From: Alphaproteobacteria bacterium UBA3637
GTDB lineage: Bacteria > Pseudomonadota > Alphaproteobacteria > CAAHEQ01 > UBA3637
Direction of reading: 5' to 3'
DNA length: 46,944 nt
NCBI GenBank assembly: GCA_002373615.1
Contig: DFKU01000040.1
Span: forward strand, 1 to 46,944
In this document: one piece after another, positions 1-9,620 of the stretch
Layout: each line of letters begins with the position of its first letter
Position numbering within the stretch: position 1 is the stretch's first letter
The notes under the pieces: generated by a model
The model's database searches: none
What the model saw: only the letters and a program-made list of their open reading frames with translations
Told to the model about the DNA's origin: nothing
Program-made: the position numbers and the translations under genes

Positions 1-364
1 TCATGGCGGAATTATAGCCCGCTATCCCTGCGACACTCAAGACGCCCATCACCGCCAGGACACCCAGCATTTCCACCATACTGCGGCCACACTCACCCGT
101 CATTACGAGCCCACCTTTTTTATATCCCGTCATTGCGAGCCCGATAGGGCGTGGCAATCTGCCAGAGATTGCTTCGTTGGCAAGGCCGCCTCGCAATGAC
201 AATGAAGGGGTAGAACGCCCATACTTCTCTGTCATCCTTGGGGCAGCGTCAGCTGAACCCGAGGATCCAGCGGTATGTAGAACCTTATTTCCTACCAGAT
301 TCTCGCTTACGCAAGAATGACAAATCGAATTAAAGTTCTTTTCTTTTTTTAATAAAATATTCAT
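1..364 (-). CDS. type IV pilin-like (class III signal-peptide-like) protein, paralog 1; 3' end runs off the window
   Basis: My own translation of the minus strand from the ATG at 364-362 (GGGAG upstream) stays open for 121 codons to position 1. It gives a 93-aa leader ending ...LVMTGECG, followed by RSMVEMLGVLAVMGVLSVAGIAGYNSAM. The same block occurs in the ORFs at 24668, 37060 and 41616. It is absent from the ORF track because no stop codon lies within the window. Confidence 0.6.
   Translation of the reverse strand, partial: MNILLKKEKNFNSICHSCVSENLVGNKVLHTAGSSGSADAAPRMTEKYGRSTPSLSLRGGLANEAISGRLPRPIGLAMTGYKKGGLVMTGECGRSMVEMLGVLAVMGVLSVAGIAGYNSAM
99..112. repeat. solo terminal half of the GTCATTGCGAG-type palindromic element
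   Basis: GTCATTACGAGCCC matches the terminus of the elements at 129-200 and 24696-24759. It lies inside the leader-peptide coding region of paralog 1. Confidence 0.5.
129..200. repeat. palindromic MITE/RPE-like element, family 1 (termini GTCATTGCGAG / CTCGCAATGAC)
   Basis: The terminal inverted repeats are at 129-139 and 190-200. There is an inner stem GCAATCT...AGATTGC. It is GC-rich relative to its surroundings. A second copy lies at 24696-24759. This copy is translated in frame within the paralog 1 leader. Confidence 0.7.
230..322. repeat. palindromic MITE/RPE-like element, family 2 (termini TGTCATCCTTG / CAAGAATGACA)
   Basis: It has imperfect terminal inverted repeats. Related copies are at 24788-24842 (partial) and 46891-46944 (cut by the window end). 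It is in frame within the paralog 1 leader. Confidence 0.65.
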
Positions 365-376
365 TTTAAACTCCCG

Positions 377-580
377 TAAAAAATTTTTTTCGCCTTGATA
401 AGAGGCGGTTGGAAGCTCGAAGCACTATCGTTTGGAATAGCGTTGCATATTTGGGAATACTCCCTTATTTTACAACCTTCCAACCGATATTTGAAATCAA
501 TTGGAAATCTATGTCTGTACACCAGACAAACCAAACGTTAAAGGACTTCGAATCCTCCGCACCGGCATCACCCGCTGTGC
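377..580 (-). promoter_or_regulatory. structured 5' leader RNA (type C) with terminator/antiterminator, upstream of pilin-like paralog 1
   Basis: Minus-strand promoter is TTGACA (plus-strand coordinates 610-615), a 17-nt spacer, then TATGAT (587-592). RNA GGUUGGAAG (plus coordinates 477-485) is perfectly complementary to CUUCCAACC (407-415), which abuts the hairpin CGCCU-loop-AGGCG (391-407) and an A/U tract. It shares the GGUUGGA(A/U)GG-N3-UAAAAUAAGGG core with the leaders at 23546 and 41408. Confidence 0.55.
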
Positions 581-628
581 AAATGTATCATATAAAATCC
601 GAAAAAATCTGTCAAGGAAAATTTGAAA

Positions 629-672
629 ACAAAAAATTCCCCTTTATCAGGGAATTTAAATGGCGGGATTGA
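629..672. repeat. direct repeat copy of the tRNA-Asp 3' end plus its downstream hairpin (att-like scar)
   Basis: ATCAGGGAATTTAAATGGCGGGATTGA at 646-672 is identical over 27 nt to 821-847. Similarity extends to about 40 nt with a few mismatches. Confidence 0.7.
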
Positions 673-805
673 GTGCGCAAATGAATAAGCGTCCTCAAGG
701 ACGGTTATCATGCGTAAACCAATGAAGCACAATGAACCAAACGGCAGTGCAGGTGAATTGATGCTGGAATTGGCGAGAACCCCTTGGGGTGAGAGCCCCT
801 TAAAT

Positions 806-847
806 ACAAAAAATCCCCCTATCAGGGAATTTAAATGGCGGGATTGA
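806..847. repeat. direct repeat copy overlapping the true 3' end of tRNA-Asp
   Basis: Partner of the repeat at 629-672. It includes the last 12 nt of the tRNA (TCAATCCCGCCA on the minus strand) and the CCCT-GAT-AGGG hairpin with T-run. Confidence 0.7.
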
Positions 848-913
848 AGGGGCTCGAACCCTCGACCTTCTGCGTGACAGGCAGACGCTCTAAACCAGCT
901 GAGCTACAACCCC
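836..913 (-). tRNA. tRNA-Asp (anticodon GTC)
   Basis: Hand-folded cloverleaf on the minus strand. Acceptor stem is GGGGTTG/CAATCCC, D arm GCTC-AGCTGGTTTA-GAGC, anticodon arm TCTGC-CTGTCAC-GCAGA (GTC), T arm GAGGG-TTCGAGC-CCCTT. Discriminator is G and CCA is encoded. Confidence 0.9.
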
Positions 914-954
914 ATCGCCAATGGAGAGTATTTTAGCAGATTTAAAATTAAAAA

Positions 955-1896
955 TCAAGTATTTTTTTGATAATTTTCCAAAAAAGCCTGTAATGTAGCC
1001 ACATTATTCATTTTTTCTTGGGTAGATTCCGGCAAGATTCGGCGCACAAGTCCTGACAAAACTGCCCCCGGACCACACTCCACAAAGTGCGTAATTCCTT
1101 GTGCATTCATATACAAAACGCTTTCACGCCAACGGACAGGCGCCACTATCTGTTGCACCAATAATTGAGCAAAATTTTCTGTTTCAGCTTGGGCCGTCAC
1201 ATTTGCCACCACAGGAACACAGGGCGTTTGAAATTTAATTTGCCCCAAAACTTCTTGTATTTTTTCTTGAGCAGACTTCATCAGTGGCGAATGAAAAGCC
1301 CCTGCGACCGGCAATGGAATAACACGCTTTGCCACCATATTCTCCGCCTGCATTTTGGCGGTAGATAATGCCACCAGCGAGCCGCTTAAAACCCATTGCC
1401 CTGCTCCGTTATCATTGGCAACATAACAGCCTGAATCAGAGGCAATTTTTTGAACCACACCAGGTTCTAGCCCCAAAACAGCCATCATTCCACCTGCTTC
1501 TTTATCCCCGGCTTCTGCCATTGCCAACCCACGGATTTTTAAAATTTTTGCGGTCTGCGTAAGAGTCAAAGCCCCCGTTGCACAAAGGGCTGTATATTCC
1601 CCCAGTGAATGCCCCGCCACAAAAGAAACATTTTCTTTTAAAGAAAAGCCTTGTGCTTCCAAAGTGCGCATGACGGCCATAGAAACAGCCATAATTGCCG
1701 GTTGAGCATTTTGCGTTTGAGTTAATTCCTTTATATCTCCGTTCCACATTAAATCTGTTAAATTTTGGTGCAACGCTTCATCTACTTCCTGAAAAACGTC
1801 TTTTGCTGCAGGAAAAGCATCCGCCAAATCCCGTCCCATCCCAATAGATTGAGAACCTTGCCCCGGAAAAAGAAATGCCATCTGTTGCTTCATCAT
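955..1896 (-). CDS. fabD: malonyl-CoA:ACP transacylase
   Basis: 313 aa with N-terminal FLFPGQGSQ and the active-site motif GHSLGEY. Confidence 0.93.
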   Translation of the reverse strand: MMKQQMAFLFPGQGSQSIGMGRDLADAFPAAKDVFQEVDEALHQNLTDLMWNGDIKELTQTQNAQPAIMAVSMAVMRTLEAQGFSLKENVSFVAGHSLGEYTALCATGALTLTQTAKILKIRGLAMAEAGDKEAGGMMAVLGLEPGVVQKIASDSGCYVANDNGAGQWVLSGSLVALSTAKMQAENMVAKRVIPLPVAGAFHSPLMKSAQEKIQEVLGQIKFQTPCVPVVANVTAQAETENFAQLLVQQIVAPVRWRESVLYMNAQGITHFVECGPGAVLSGLVRRILPESTQEKMNNVATLQAFLENYQKNT

Positions 1897-2042
1897 ACCT
1901 TTATTTTAACAAAAAATTATTTTTTTCGCAAGATTAAAAAGAGTACTTGACATTCACCAAAGGATGGGCTAGCCTTTCGTCTAGAGTAGTGGAGACACGA
2001 AATGATAAACAACAAAACAACTTCAAATGAAAGGATCATGTT

Positions 2043-2654
2043 ATGAAGAAATTATTATTAGCAAGTTTAGCCATTGTGGCTTTTGCAGGGGTCGCTCAAG
2101 CTGAATCAAAAGTTTGCGTTCGCCCATACGTTTCATTAAAGGGAACCTATTCCAAAATGGCCATAAATGGTAAAGCGAGTGCAAATGGCGATAAAGAAAC
2201 CATTGCCAAAAAAGATTGGGTGGGCGGTGCTTCCGTCGCTGCCGGTTTAAAAATGTGCGCCTTCAGAACAGAATTGGAATTTAACCAATCTTTAAGCGCA
2301 AAAGATAACTATGATGGCCTTAGGACAAAGCAATCTTATCGTTCTTATATGCTGAATGGTTATTTTGATGTCCCAACAGGCACAAATTTTCATCCGTATG
2401 TCGGGGCCGGTATCGGCGTAGCACGCGTTAAAACACGTTTGTCGGAGGCTGAAGATGTAACAAAACATCGTTCCACCAATTTTGCATGGCAAGCGGGTGG
2501 CGGCTTGGGCTATAATTTGACCCGTAACTGGACCTTGGATGTGGGATATCGTTATGTGAATAACGGTCACAATAAATGGAAAGTTGAAGACGGTAAAGTC
2601 AAAACAAATACAGAAGAACATCAAATTACAGCCGGTGTCAGATATACATTCTGA
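2043..2654 (+). CDS. small outer-membrane beta-barrel protein (Omp25/OmpA-like barrel family)
   Basis: Signal peptide MKKLLLASLAIVAFAGVAQA. It shows alternating beta-strand patterns and a C-terminal aromatic residue (...GVRYTF). A candidate promoter is TTGACA, 17-nt spacer, TAGCCT at about 1945. Confidence 0.8.
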   Translation: MKKLLLASLAIVAFAGVAQAESKVCVRPYVSLKGTYSKMAINGKASANGDKETIAKKDWVGGASVAAGLKMCAFRTELEFNQSLSAKDNYDGLRTKQSYRSYMLNGYFDVPTGTNFHPYVGAGIGVARVKTRLSEAEDVTKHRSTNFAWQAGGGLGYNLTRNWTLDVGYRYVNNGHNKWKVEDGKVKTNTEEHQITAGVRYTF

Positions 2655-2671
2655 TATCGTTTGGCTTTTAT

Positions 2672-2700
2672 CCCCCGTTTTTAGGCGGGGGTATTTTTTT
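2672..2700 (+). terminator. intrinsic terminator after the OMP gene
   Basis: Stem CCCCCG, 8-nt loop TTTTTAGG, stem CGGGGG, followed by TATTTTTTT. Confidence 0.8.
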
Positions 2701-2787
2701 ATTCTGATTTTTTGTCTATTTTTTCTTTACAAAACTCCTTTTTTATGGTATAATGTTTTTTATGCATTTTAAAAAAGGAGAAAATTA

Positions 2788-3537
2788 ATGCAAGATCAAT
2801 CTTATTCTAATAATATTGTTTTGAACGTTTTACATGAAATTCAAGGAAGAGGTTTTTTAAAATCCGATGTTTTTTTGCAATATCGCCAAAAATTGAGTCA
2901 CGCGTTTGCTTTGTTTTTAAATCAAACCCCCGTCGTTCCAGAAAAAGCGAAAACCTGTTTGGATGCTTTAAATGCAATCAGCCTGAACAACCAGGCTTTC
3001 TTCTCTCTTTATCAAGACACTGCGATGGATTTACATGATTGGGCCAGTGCAGGTGATGAACTCACACGGACACAAGCAGATATTCAGCTGTTGCGCTTTT
3101 TTGGATATGAAGCCCCCTCTTCTGTTAAATTAAAAAAACAGTTGTTAGAAAAAATTAAAAATATGCCCAGATTACACGAAAAACATTCTTTAGTGGCTGA
3201 TGCTTTATACAACCTGTCTAACCACTATGAACAAAACCATCAATACGATGAAGATCCAAACAAAGAATGCCTCTTAAACTTGGGCAAAGTATTGAGCAAT
3301 ATCTCAAAACATACAAGAAAATTGTCTTCAGAGGAAAGGGTCAAATTTTCCTGCGTTGCAGACAAAATTCAATCTTATGCTCCTCAATTTTATGACGAAG
3401 CTTGGGAAAAAACTTTTGCAACAAAACCCATTCAAAAAGTATCCGTTCCGAAAATAAAAGAAGCTGTACAAGCTTGTACTCGTCAGGATTTTGGGAAATT
3501 CGGCCCATGTTTTTCAAAAAATTGGGACAGAGACTAA
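2788..3537 (+). CDS. hypothetical protein (no recognisable domain)
   Basis: 249-aa ORF with an AAGGAG RBS. Upstream is an extended -10 promoter: TTTACA at 2726-2731, 17-nt spacer, TGGTATAAT at 2746-2754. It has no signal peptide and no motif I recognise. Confidence 0.6.
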   Translation: MQDQSYSNNIVLNVLHEIQGRGFLKSDVFLQYRQKLSHAFALFLNQTPVVPEKAKTCLDALNAISLNNQAFFSLYQDTAMDLHDWASAGDELTRTQADIQLLRFFGYEAPSSVKLKKQLLEKIKNMPRLHEKHSLVADALYNLSNHYEQNHQYDEDPNKECLLNLGKVLSNISKHTRKLSSEERVKFSCVADKIQSYAPQFYDEAWEKTFATKPIQKVSVPKIKEAVQACTRQDFGKFGPCFSKNWDRD

Positions 3538-3609
3538 TAAAATCACAAAAAACGCTTGACAAACATATAAAAAAAGCTAAAATATATCCCACATAAAAAA
3601 AGGAAAAAA

Positions 3610-4413
3610 ATGACTGCTAAAATTATTGTCTTTGCAAATGAAAAAGGTGGAACAGGAAAATCAACCTTGGCCATGCATACGATTGTGGCTTTATTACGTT
3701 CGGGGAAAAAAGTGGCTTCTTTTGACCTAGACCCGGATCAACAAAGTTTAACTCACTATATCGAAAATAGAAAAACTTTTATCAATGAAAAAGGCGTTTC
3801 TTTGCCCATTCCGGAACATATTTGTTGGACAAAGGATGTTGCTAAAATTTATACTTTGCGTGGAAAAGTGGATAAATTAAAAGAAGAAGTGGATGCCATT
3901 GTAATTGATACACCGGGATCTCATACTTCGTTGGGAATGGAGGCCATGACATTGGCAGATGTTTTAATTACCCCAATGAATGATTCCTTGGTGGATTTGG
4001 ATATTTTGGCTGTTGTAGATGGGGATACTTTAAAAATTCAAGGGCCCAGTCATTTTGCGCAAACTGTTTGGTCCACACGTCAACAACGTATGTTGGAACG
4101 TAAACCTTCTATCAATTGGTTGGTCGTGCGAAATCGTATGTTATTCAGCAAATCCAAAAACTCGCAAAATATGTCTATTTTGTTGAACGCCCTTTCCAGA
4201 CGAATTCACTTTGAATTAGTAGGCGTTGTTTCGGAACGTGTCGTTTTCCGTGAACTGTTCTTAAAGGGGTTAACAATGTTGGATTTCAAAGAAAACGCCG
4301 TCAAAATGCAAAACACCATTTCTTCCAACAGTGCCCGTAAAGAATTAGGTGCCTTAGTGGAAAAGATTTGGGGAACCCCCTTGATTTTGGATGCAGAAAA
4401 TGCTACTAAATAA
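3610..4413 (+). CDS. mipZ: ParA-family ATPase MipZ (division-plane positioning, FtsZ inhibitor)
   Basis: Deviant Walker A NEKGGTGKST. The motifs DTPG, TPMNDSLVDLD, VVRNR and FRELF..GLT match Caulobacter MipZ as I recall it. Candidate promoter is TTGACA, 16-nt spacer, TAAAAT at about 3556. Confidence 0.8.
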   Translation: MTAKIIVFANEKGGTGKSTLAMHTIVALLRSGKKVASFDLDPDQQSLTHYIENRKTFINEKGVSLPIPEHICWTKDVAKIYTLRGKVDKLKEEVDAIVIDTPGSHTSLGMEAMTLADVLITPMNDSLVDLDILAVVDGDTLKIQGPSHFAQTVWSTRQQRMLERKPSINWLVVRNRMLFSKSKNSQNMSILLNALSRRIHFELVGVVSERVVFRELFLKGLTMLDFKENAVKMQNTISSNSARKELGALVEKIWGTPLILDAENATK

Positions 4414-4445
4414 TTAGTAGCGATTCTGATTCAAAGGGGGGAATA

Positions 4446-6068
4446 ATGAATATCTTTGCTGTCCCAACAAAGCCATATCTTGATCAAAAATTTGGAACTT
4501 CAGGCCTGAGAAAGAAGACTGCTGATTTTCAACAGGAAAATTACCTGGAAAATGCGGTTCAATCCATTTTTGATTGTTTAACAGGTTTTGAAGGGAAAAC
4601 CCTGATTATCGGCAGTGATGGCAGATATTATAGTGCTCATGCCGTACAAGTCATCATCAAAATGGCAATTGCCAACCAATTTGGGCATATTATTATTGGG
4701 CAAGAGGGCATTTTATCCACCCCGGCTGTCAGCCATTTGATTCAAAAAAGACAAGCCTTTGGCGCTTTAATTTTAACCGCCAGTCATAATCCTGCCGGCA
4801 AAGAGGGAGATTTTGGTATTAAATATAACATTTCAACGGGCGCCCCTGCGCCAGCAAATTTAGGCGATGCCTTTTCAGACAGATGTTCAAAAATTGATCG
4901 CCTTTGGATGATTCAATCGCCCGATGTGGATTTATCCTATCAACATGAAGAAACATTGGGGTCCACTTTAATAGAAGTCATTGATCCCGTTTCTGATTAT
5001 GCCCAGTACATGCAAGAAATTTTTGATTTTGAAGCCATTAAAACATTATTTAAAAATGGTTTTAAGATGACATTTAATGCTATGAACGCTGTGACAGGCC
5101 CTTATGCAAAATATATTTTTGAAGAACTTTTGGGGGCGGAATCTGGAACTGTTATCAATGGTACTCCCCTGCCCGATTTTGGGGGATTACATCCTGAACC
5201 CAATTTGGTTTATGCCAAAGATTTAGTGGATTTAGCTTATTCAGAAAATGCCCCTGATTTGTGCGCTGCTTCGGATGGCGATGGGGACAGATACATGATA
5301 TTGGGCAAATCCTTTTTTGTGACCCCTGCTGATTCTTTGGCTGTTTTAGCCGAATACATAGAGAAAATCCCCTTTTATAAAGGAAAATTTTATGGGGCCG
5401 CCAGATCTATGCCAACAGCAGATGCATTGGATGCAGTCTGTCATAAATTGAAAAAAGAATGCTATCAAACACCAACGGGATGGAAATTTTTTGGTTCCCT
5501 TTTAGAAGACAAAAAGATATCCCTGTGCGGTGAAGAAAGTTTTGGGGCTGGATCTTTTCACGTAATGGAAAAAGATGGGCTTTGGGCCATCTTGTTTTGG
5601 TTAAATATTTTAGCAATTACCCAAAAAACGCCCCAAAAAATTGTCACAGAACTGTGGAAAAAATATGGTCGTGTTTATGCCAAAACCTACAGCTATCATA
5701 CAAATGACACAGAGGCCGTGACACATTTATTGGATTCTTTGTCCTCCAGAATTCCTGGTTTAATTGACCTTTCTTTTGATGATTACAGCGTTCTTAAGGC
5801 TTCCATTTTTAATTATACTGACCCTGTATCGAATGAACAAACAACCAATCAAGGTATCATTATTGATTTATCCAAAGGAGCTCGAATATTTGTACGTGCT
5901 TCAGGAACCAGTTCTTCGGGTGCAACATTGAAAGTGTATTTATCCCAAAAAAGTACTGATATTCAATCAGATCCGAAAGATTTGCTTCAGCCGTTGGAAA
6001 AAACGGCCCAAGATCTTTTACAAATTCAAAAATACTTGGGCGATAAAGTTGAAATAACAGAAACCTAA
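4446..6068 (+). CDS. pgm: phosphoglucomutase, alpha-D-glucose phosphate-specific
   Basis: 540 aa with the phosphoserine loop TASHNP, the Mg loop SDGDGDR and GEESFG. Confidence 0.92.
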   Translation: MNIFAVPTKPYLDQKFGTSGLRKKTADFQQENYLENAVQSIFDCLTGFEGKTLIIGSDGRYYSAHAVQVIIKMAIANQFGHIIIGQEGILSTPAVSHLIQKRQAFGALILTASHNPAGKEGDFGIKYNISTGAPAPANLGDAFSDRCSKIDRLWMIQSPDVDLSYQHEETLGSTLIEVIDPVSDYAQYMQEIFDFEAIKTLFKNGFKMTFNAMNAVTGPYAKYIFEELLGAESGTVINGTPLPDFGGLHPEPNLVYAKDLVDLAYSENAPDLCAASDGDGDRYMILGKSFFVTPADSLAVLAEYIEKIPFYKGKFYGAARSMPTADALDAVCHKLKKECYQTPTGWKFFGSLLEDKKISLCGEESFGAGSFHVMEKDGLWAILFWLNILAITQKTPQKIVTELWKKYGRVYAKTYSYHTNDTEAVTHLLDSLSSRIPGLIDLSFDDYSVLKASIFNYTDPVSNEQTTNQGIIIDLSKGARIFVRASGTSSSGATLKVYLSQKSTDIQSDPKDLLQPLEKTAQDLLQIQKYLGDKVEITET

Positions 6069-7594
6069 CGTCTTCTTAAAAAGGAAGGTAAATCCATCGA
6101 TTCTTCCAACCCCGTCAATTCTGGGGTGGTTTCTTTTTTCACAGGACTTTTGGGCTTAGGGGCACTTTTTATACCGCGCCCAATCAATCCGGGTAAAAGA
6201 TCGATTAAATTCGTTCTGGAGGCTTTCACATTTGCGGAATCCTTTTGCCCCCCTAAATTCACTTCTGGTTTTTCTTTTATCTCTTCCCTGACAGGAGTTG
6301 TTTTTCCCATTTCAGGAGGTGTTTCCGAAAACAGTGAGGTCGGAATATTGACCCCGGTTTCCGAAATTTCAACCTCTAATTCGGTGGGAGACGATACTTC
6401 TGCCCGTTTCGGTGTTGGAATAAAACCAAAGTCGGTATTTGGAATCAAGCTGGGTTCTTCTGATTCTGGATTCCCTTCTTGCCCTTCGGTATGTGTCACA
6501 CGAATTTCTGTTGTTTTTAAGGTGAGGCCTTCAACAACCGGTTCTGGTTTTGGCTGAGGTGCCGGTGGCGCTTGAATTGACTTTACAGGTTCCCCTAATC
6601 CTGTTGCTACAATGGATACTTGAACAGATCCTTCCAAACCTTCATTGACAGTAGAACCAAATTTTACATTTGCATTTTCATCCACCTGAGAAACAATTTT
6701 TTGCATAATGATATCCACTTCTTCCAAGGTCAAATCCAAACCGCCGGAAATGTTAATCAAAACACTTTTTGCCCCCTGGATAGAAGCATCATCTAACAGC
6801 GGATTCGTCAAAGCTTGGTCAGCAGCAAGTTCTGCCCGATTTTCACCGCTGGCTTTTCCCGTACCCATCATGGCGCGCCCCATAGTTGTTAAAACGGTCC
6901 GGACATCCGCAAAATCCAAATTCACCATCCCCGGATTCATCACCAAATCTGTGATACTCCGCACCCCTTGACACAGCACATCATCAGATATTTTAAAAGC
7001 CCCCGCAAATGTCATGTTCGGTTTAGCAATACGGAATAAATTCTGATTCGGAACAATAATCAGGGTATCCACATATTGCTGAAGTTCTGCAATCCCTTTC
7101 TTGGCCACCTGCATCCGATGAGGACCTTCAAAATTAAAGGGTGTGGACACAACCCCCACGGTTAAAATCCCCTTTTCTTTAGCCAGTTTTGCAATGACAG
7201 GAATCGCCCCCGTTCCTGTACCACCACCCATTCCTGCCGTTAAAAAAAGCAAATGCAAGCCATCAATGGCTTCTTTAATTTTTTCAGCAGATTCTTCGGC
7301 CGATTGGCGTCCGATTTCAGGGTTAGAACCTGCCCCCAATCCTTGAGTCGTCTTTTCCCCCAGTTGAATTCGGTCAGCCACCAATGACTTAGAAAGAGCT
7401 TGAGCGTCCGTGTTGGCCACGAAAAAAGCACAACCTGTTAAATTACTGGCCACCATGTTATTGACCGCATTTCCCCCAGCGCCCCCAACACCAATAACGC
7501 CCAGATTCGGGGTCAACAAAACTTTTGGGGGTGGCGTTGCCAATCCAATAGAGAGTTCACTTTCTTTTATCACGACAGAATCTGTTTTATCCAT
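6065..7594 (-). CDS. ftsZ: cell division GTPase FtsZ with long disordered C-terminal linker
   Basis: Carries GGGTGTG and NTDAQAL motifs. A P/E-rich linker follows, and the C terminus has the conserved peptide DLPSFLRRR. Confidence 0.97.
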   Translation of the reverse strand: MDKTDSVVIKESELSIGLATPPPKVLLTPNLGVIGVGGAGGNAVNNMVASNLTGCAFFVANTDAQALSKSLVADRIQLGEKTTQGLGAGSNPEIGRQSAEESAEKIKEAIDGLHLLFLTAGMGGGTGTGAIPVIAKLAKEKGILTVGVVSTPFNFEGPHRMQVAKKGIAELQQYVDTLIIVPNQNLFRIAKPNMTFAGAFKISDDVLCQGVRSITDLVMNPGMVNLDFADVRTVLTTMGRAMMGTGKASGENRAELAADQALTNPLLDDASIQGAKSVLINISGGLDLTLEEVDIIMQKIVSQVDENANVKFGSTVNEGLEGSVQVSIVATGLGEPVKSIQAPPAPQPKPEPVVEGLTLKTTEIRVTHTEGQEGNPESEEPSLIPNTDFGFIPTPKRAEVSSPTELEVEISETGVNIPTSLFSETPPEMGKTTPVREEIKEKPEVNLGGQKDSANVKASRTNLIDLLPGLIGRGIKSAPKPKSPVKKETTPELTGLEESMDLPSFLRRR

Positions 7595-8823
7595 TCTATT
7601 CCCTTTCTTATGCGGCTTTGTTTTGTACCAGCCGATTGAAAATTTTCAAAATTTTTATCCTGCAATCGCATCAAAACGTAAGCCAATAATCCTATACATA
7701 CATTAAATGTACACGAATCGAACGCAGTTGGCAAGTTTTTTATTTGTTTTGTTTTACCAAGCCTGGTAATTCCCCCCAAAAGCGAGGCCACTTTTTCTTT
7801 AAGTCCCGCCAATCCTGAGGCACATCCAGTCAACACAAAACGTTTAGCAACCGTTGAAAATGTTGGATTTTGATCCAAATCAATTTGCAGTTTTTCCAGG
7901 GTTTCTTCTAACCTGGGGACAATCACAGAAATCAAGTCAGAACGACGCACCTGCATATTAGCCCCTTCTTCATCCCCTAAAATAGGGACTATCACGCTTT
8001 CCAGTTCATCCCGCGGTGATAAAAAAGCAGCCCCATTCAAAACTTTTAAGCGTTCTGCATTTTTTAAATCTGTATTCAATCCTTGAGCAATATCTCGGGT
8101 CATTTGATTCCCCCCCATCTGAACAACGCCCAATTGCATCAATCCTCCACCAACAAAAACCGCATATGAAGTTGTCCCTGCCCCAAAATCAAGGACGGTA
8201 GCCCCAATATCTTTTTCTTCTTCAGAAAGAACCGCCAAAGCTGAAGCATAGGGGGTTGCCACCTTCATAGACACGGATACATGACACCGATCTAAAACGG
8301 TCAATAAATTCATTGTTTGGGTTTGGGGCATTGCCACCACATGCACATGTGCCCCCAAGGTATTTGCATAAATACCTCTGGGATCCGTGTGACCTTGTTC
8401 TTTATCCAAAACATAGCCTAAAGGAAATGCATGTAAGACCTCTTCCCCTGCCGGTACATGGGTCGCAACAATTTCATCCACCAATCGTTTGACGTCTGCA
8501 CCCGAGACAGGTTTCCCTGCCGAAATGGCCGTTTCATGATATAAATGAAGGGAGTGTAATTCTGAAGAAGAAATATTCACAACAACCGATTCAATTGGAT
8601 GATCTGCTTGCTTTTCTGCTTGATGCAAAGCTTCCCCGATGCAAGTCGTGGCCGCCCCCAAATCCCAAATTGTCCCCGCTTGAATCCCTTGAGCAGGGAC
8701 ACAAGAAGCCCCCACCACCTCGACATATTTATCATCTGTTAAGCGGACAACCAAGCAAGCAATTTTACTGCTCCCTATGTCCAATAAATTGAGATATTTT
8801 TTCTTTTTAAAGGCCTTACTCAT
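7570..8823 (-). CDS. ftsA: cell division protein FtsA
   Basis: 417-aa actin-like fold (DIGSSKI, DFGAGTT) sitting between ftsQ and ftsZ. Confidence 0.93.
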   Translation of the reverse strand: MSKAFKKKKYLNLLDIGSSKIACLVVRLTDDKYVEVVGASCVPAQGIQAGTIWDLGAATTCIGEALHQAEKQADHPIESVVVNISSSELHSLHLYHETAISAGKPVSGADVKRLVDEIVATHVPAGEEVLHAFPLGYVLDKEQGHTDPRGIYANTLGAHVHVVAMPQTQTMNLLTVLDRCHVSVSMKVATPYASALAVLSEEEKDIGATVLDFGAGTTSYAVFVGGGLMQLGVVQMGGNQMTRDIAQGLNTDLKNAERLKVLNGAAFLSPRDELESVIVPILGDEEGANMQVRRSDLISVIVPRLEETLEKLQIDLDQNPTFSTVAKRFVLTGCASGLAGLKEKVASLLGGITRLGKTKQIKNLPTAFDSCTFNVCIGLLAYVLMRLQDKNFENFQSAGTKQSRIRKGIEWIKQILS

Positions 8824-9620
8824 TTTTTATTTTCCTTTTTCTTAAAGGATGTTTTTTTGGGATGTAAAATAATCCTATCTGACAGGCGAACATCAATCGC
8901 ATCCACATTTTTTTTCAATAAATTTTCTTTTTCATTTTGATGCACCAAACGTTTCAAAGCCTTGTCAAAACCTGTTTCGGGCAACATAATTTTTATTCCC
9001 CCTTCAGGGTCCATCAGGTGCAAATTCCAGCGACGTTTTTCAATACGTACGGCCGATTTTACATCAGAATTGATGGAAGGCACCTGTTCCAAAGCCGCCA
9101 ACAATGAAAGCGTATTTTCCGGGGCATCCGATCCCACCACCAAAATCAAATCCGCCGGTAACAACTTATCATCTTTAATAGGATGCCCCAGCTCATCTAA
9201 AGGTTGATAGTTTTGATTATTTTGCCACAGGGCAATAGGTGTTTTTTCTGTGATACGAATCACCAACTTGTCCGGCAAATGGCGCTCCACAATGGCTTCT
9301 TTAATCCAAGGAAGAGTCAATAATTTTTGCCTGGCATCAACCAAAGAAATTGTATCCATTTTTTGATTTTGTGTTATGTTTAAGGCGTTCATAATTGTTT
9401 TAACATCTGTCCGTTTATGGCCTTCCACGACAACCTGATTTAGGCGCCAATGAGCCTGTTCAGCCATAACAGTCCACATTTTTTGACAAGCTGCAACACC
9501 TGCTTGTCCAACAGGGGATAAATAAAGACCTATCAGCCCTGACACAATTACAGCGCCTATCAAACTCTTTAATTTCCAAGCGCTCTTCCCCTTTTTCTTC
9601 ATTTTAAACTCTAATCGCAT
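8820..9620 (-). CDS. ftsQ: cell division protein FtsQ
   Basis: One N-terminal transmembrane helix followed by a POTRA-like region, at the conserved dcw position. The start could instead be the ATG at 9602. Confidence 0.85.
   Translation of the reverse strand: MRLEFKMKKKGKSAWKLKSLIGAVIVSGLIGLYLSPVGQAGVAACQKMWTVMAEQAHWRLNQVVVEGHKRTDVKTIMNALNITQNQKMDTISLVDARQKLLTLPWIKEAIVERHLPDKLVIRITEKTPIALWQNNQNYQPLDELGHPIKDDKLLPADLILVVGSDAPENTLSLLAALEQVPSINSDVKSAVRIEKRRWNLHLMDPEGGIKIMLPETGFDKALKRLVHQNEKENLLKKNVDAIDVRLSDRIILHPKKTSFKKKENKK

Noticed and set aside
409-672. 87-aa plus-strand ORF from the track
   Set aside because: It lies antisense across the predicted leader RNA and promoter of pilin-like paralog 1 and runs into the tRNA-derived direct repeat. 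It has no RBS, a non-ATG start and low-complexity content. It is most likely non-coding.
673-805. Possible tmRNA or other RNA gene between the tRNA-Asp repeats (GCAAATGAATAA could be read as a tiny tag)
   Set aside because: There is no tRNA-like acceptor/T-arm pairing and no resume-codon context. The putative tag would be only 3 codons.
6126-6557. 143-aa ORF antisense to the ftsZ linker region
   Set aside because: It is a shadow ORF inside a confidently identified gene. The low-complexity P/S/G-rich translation is typical of the antisense strand of the P/E-rich linker.
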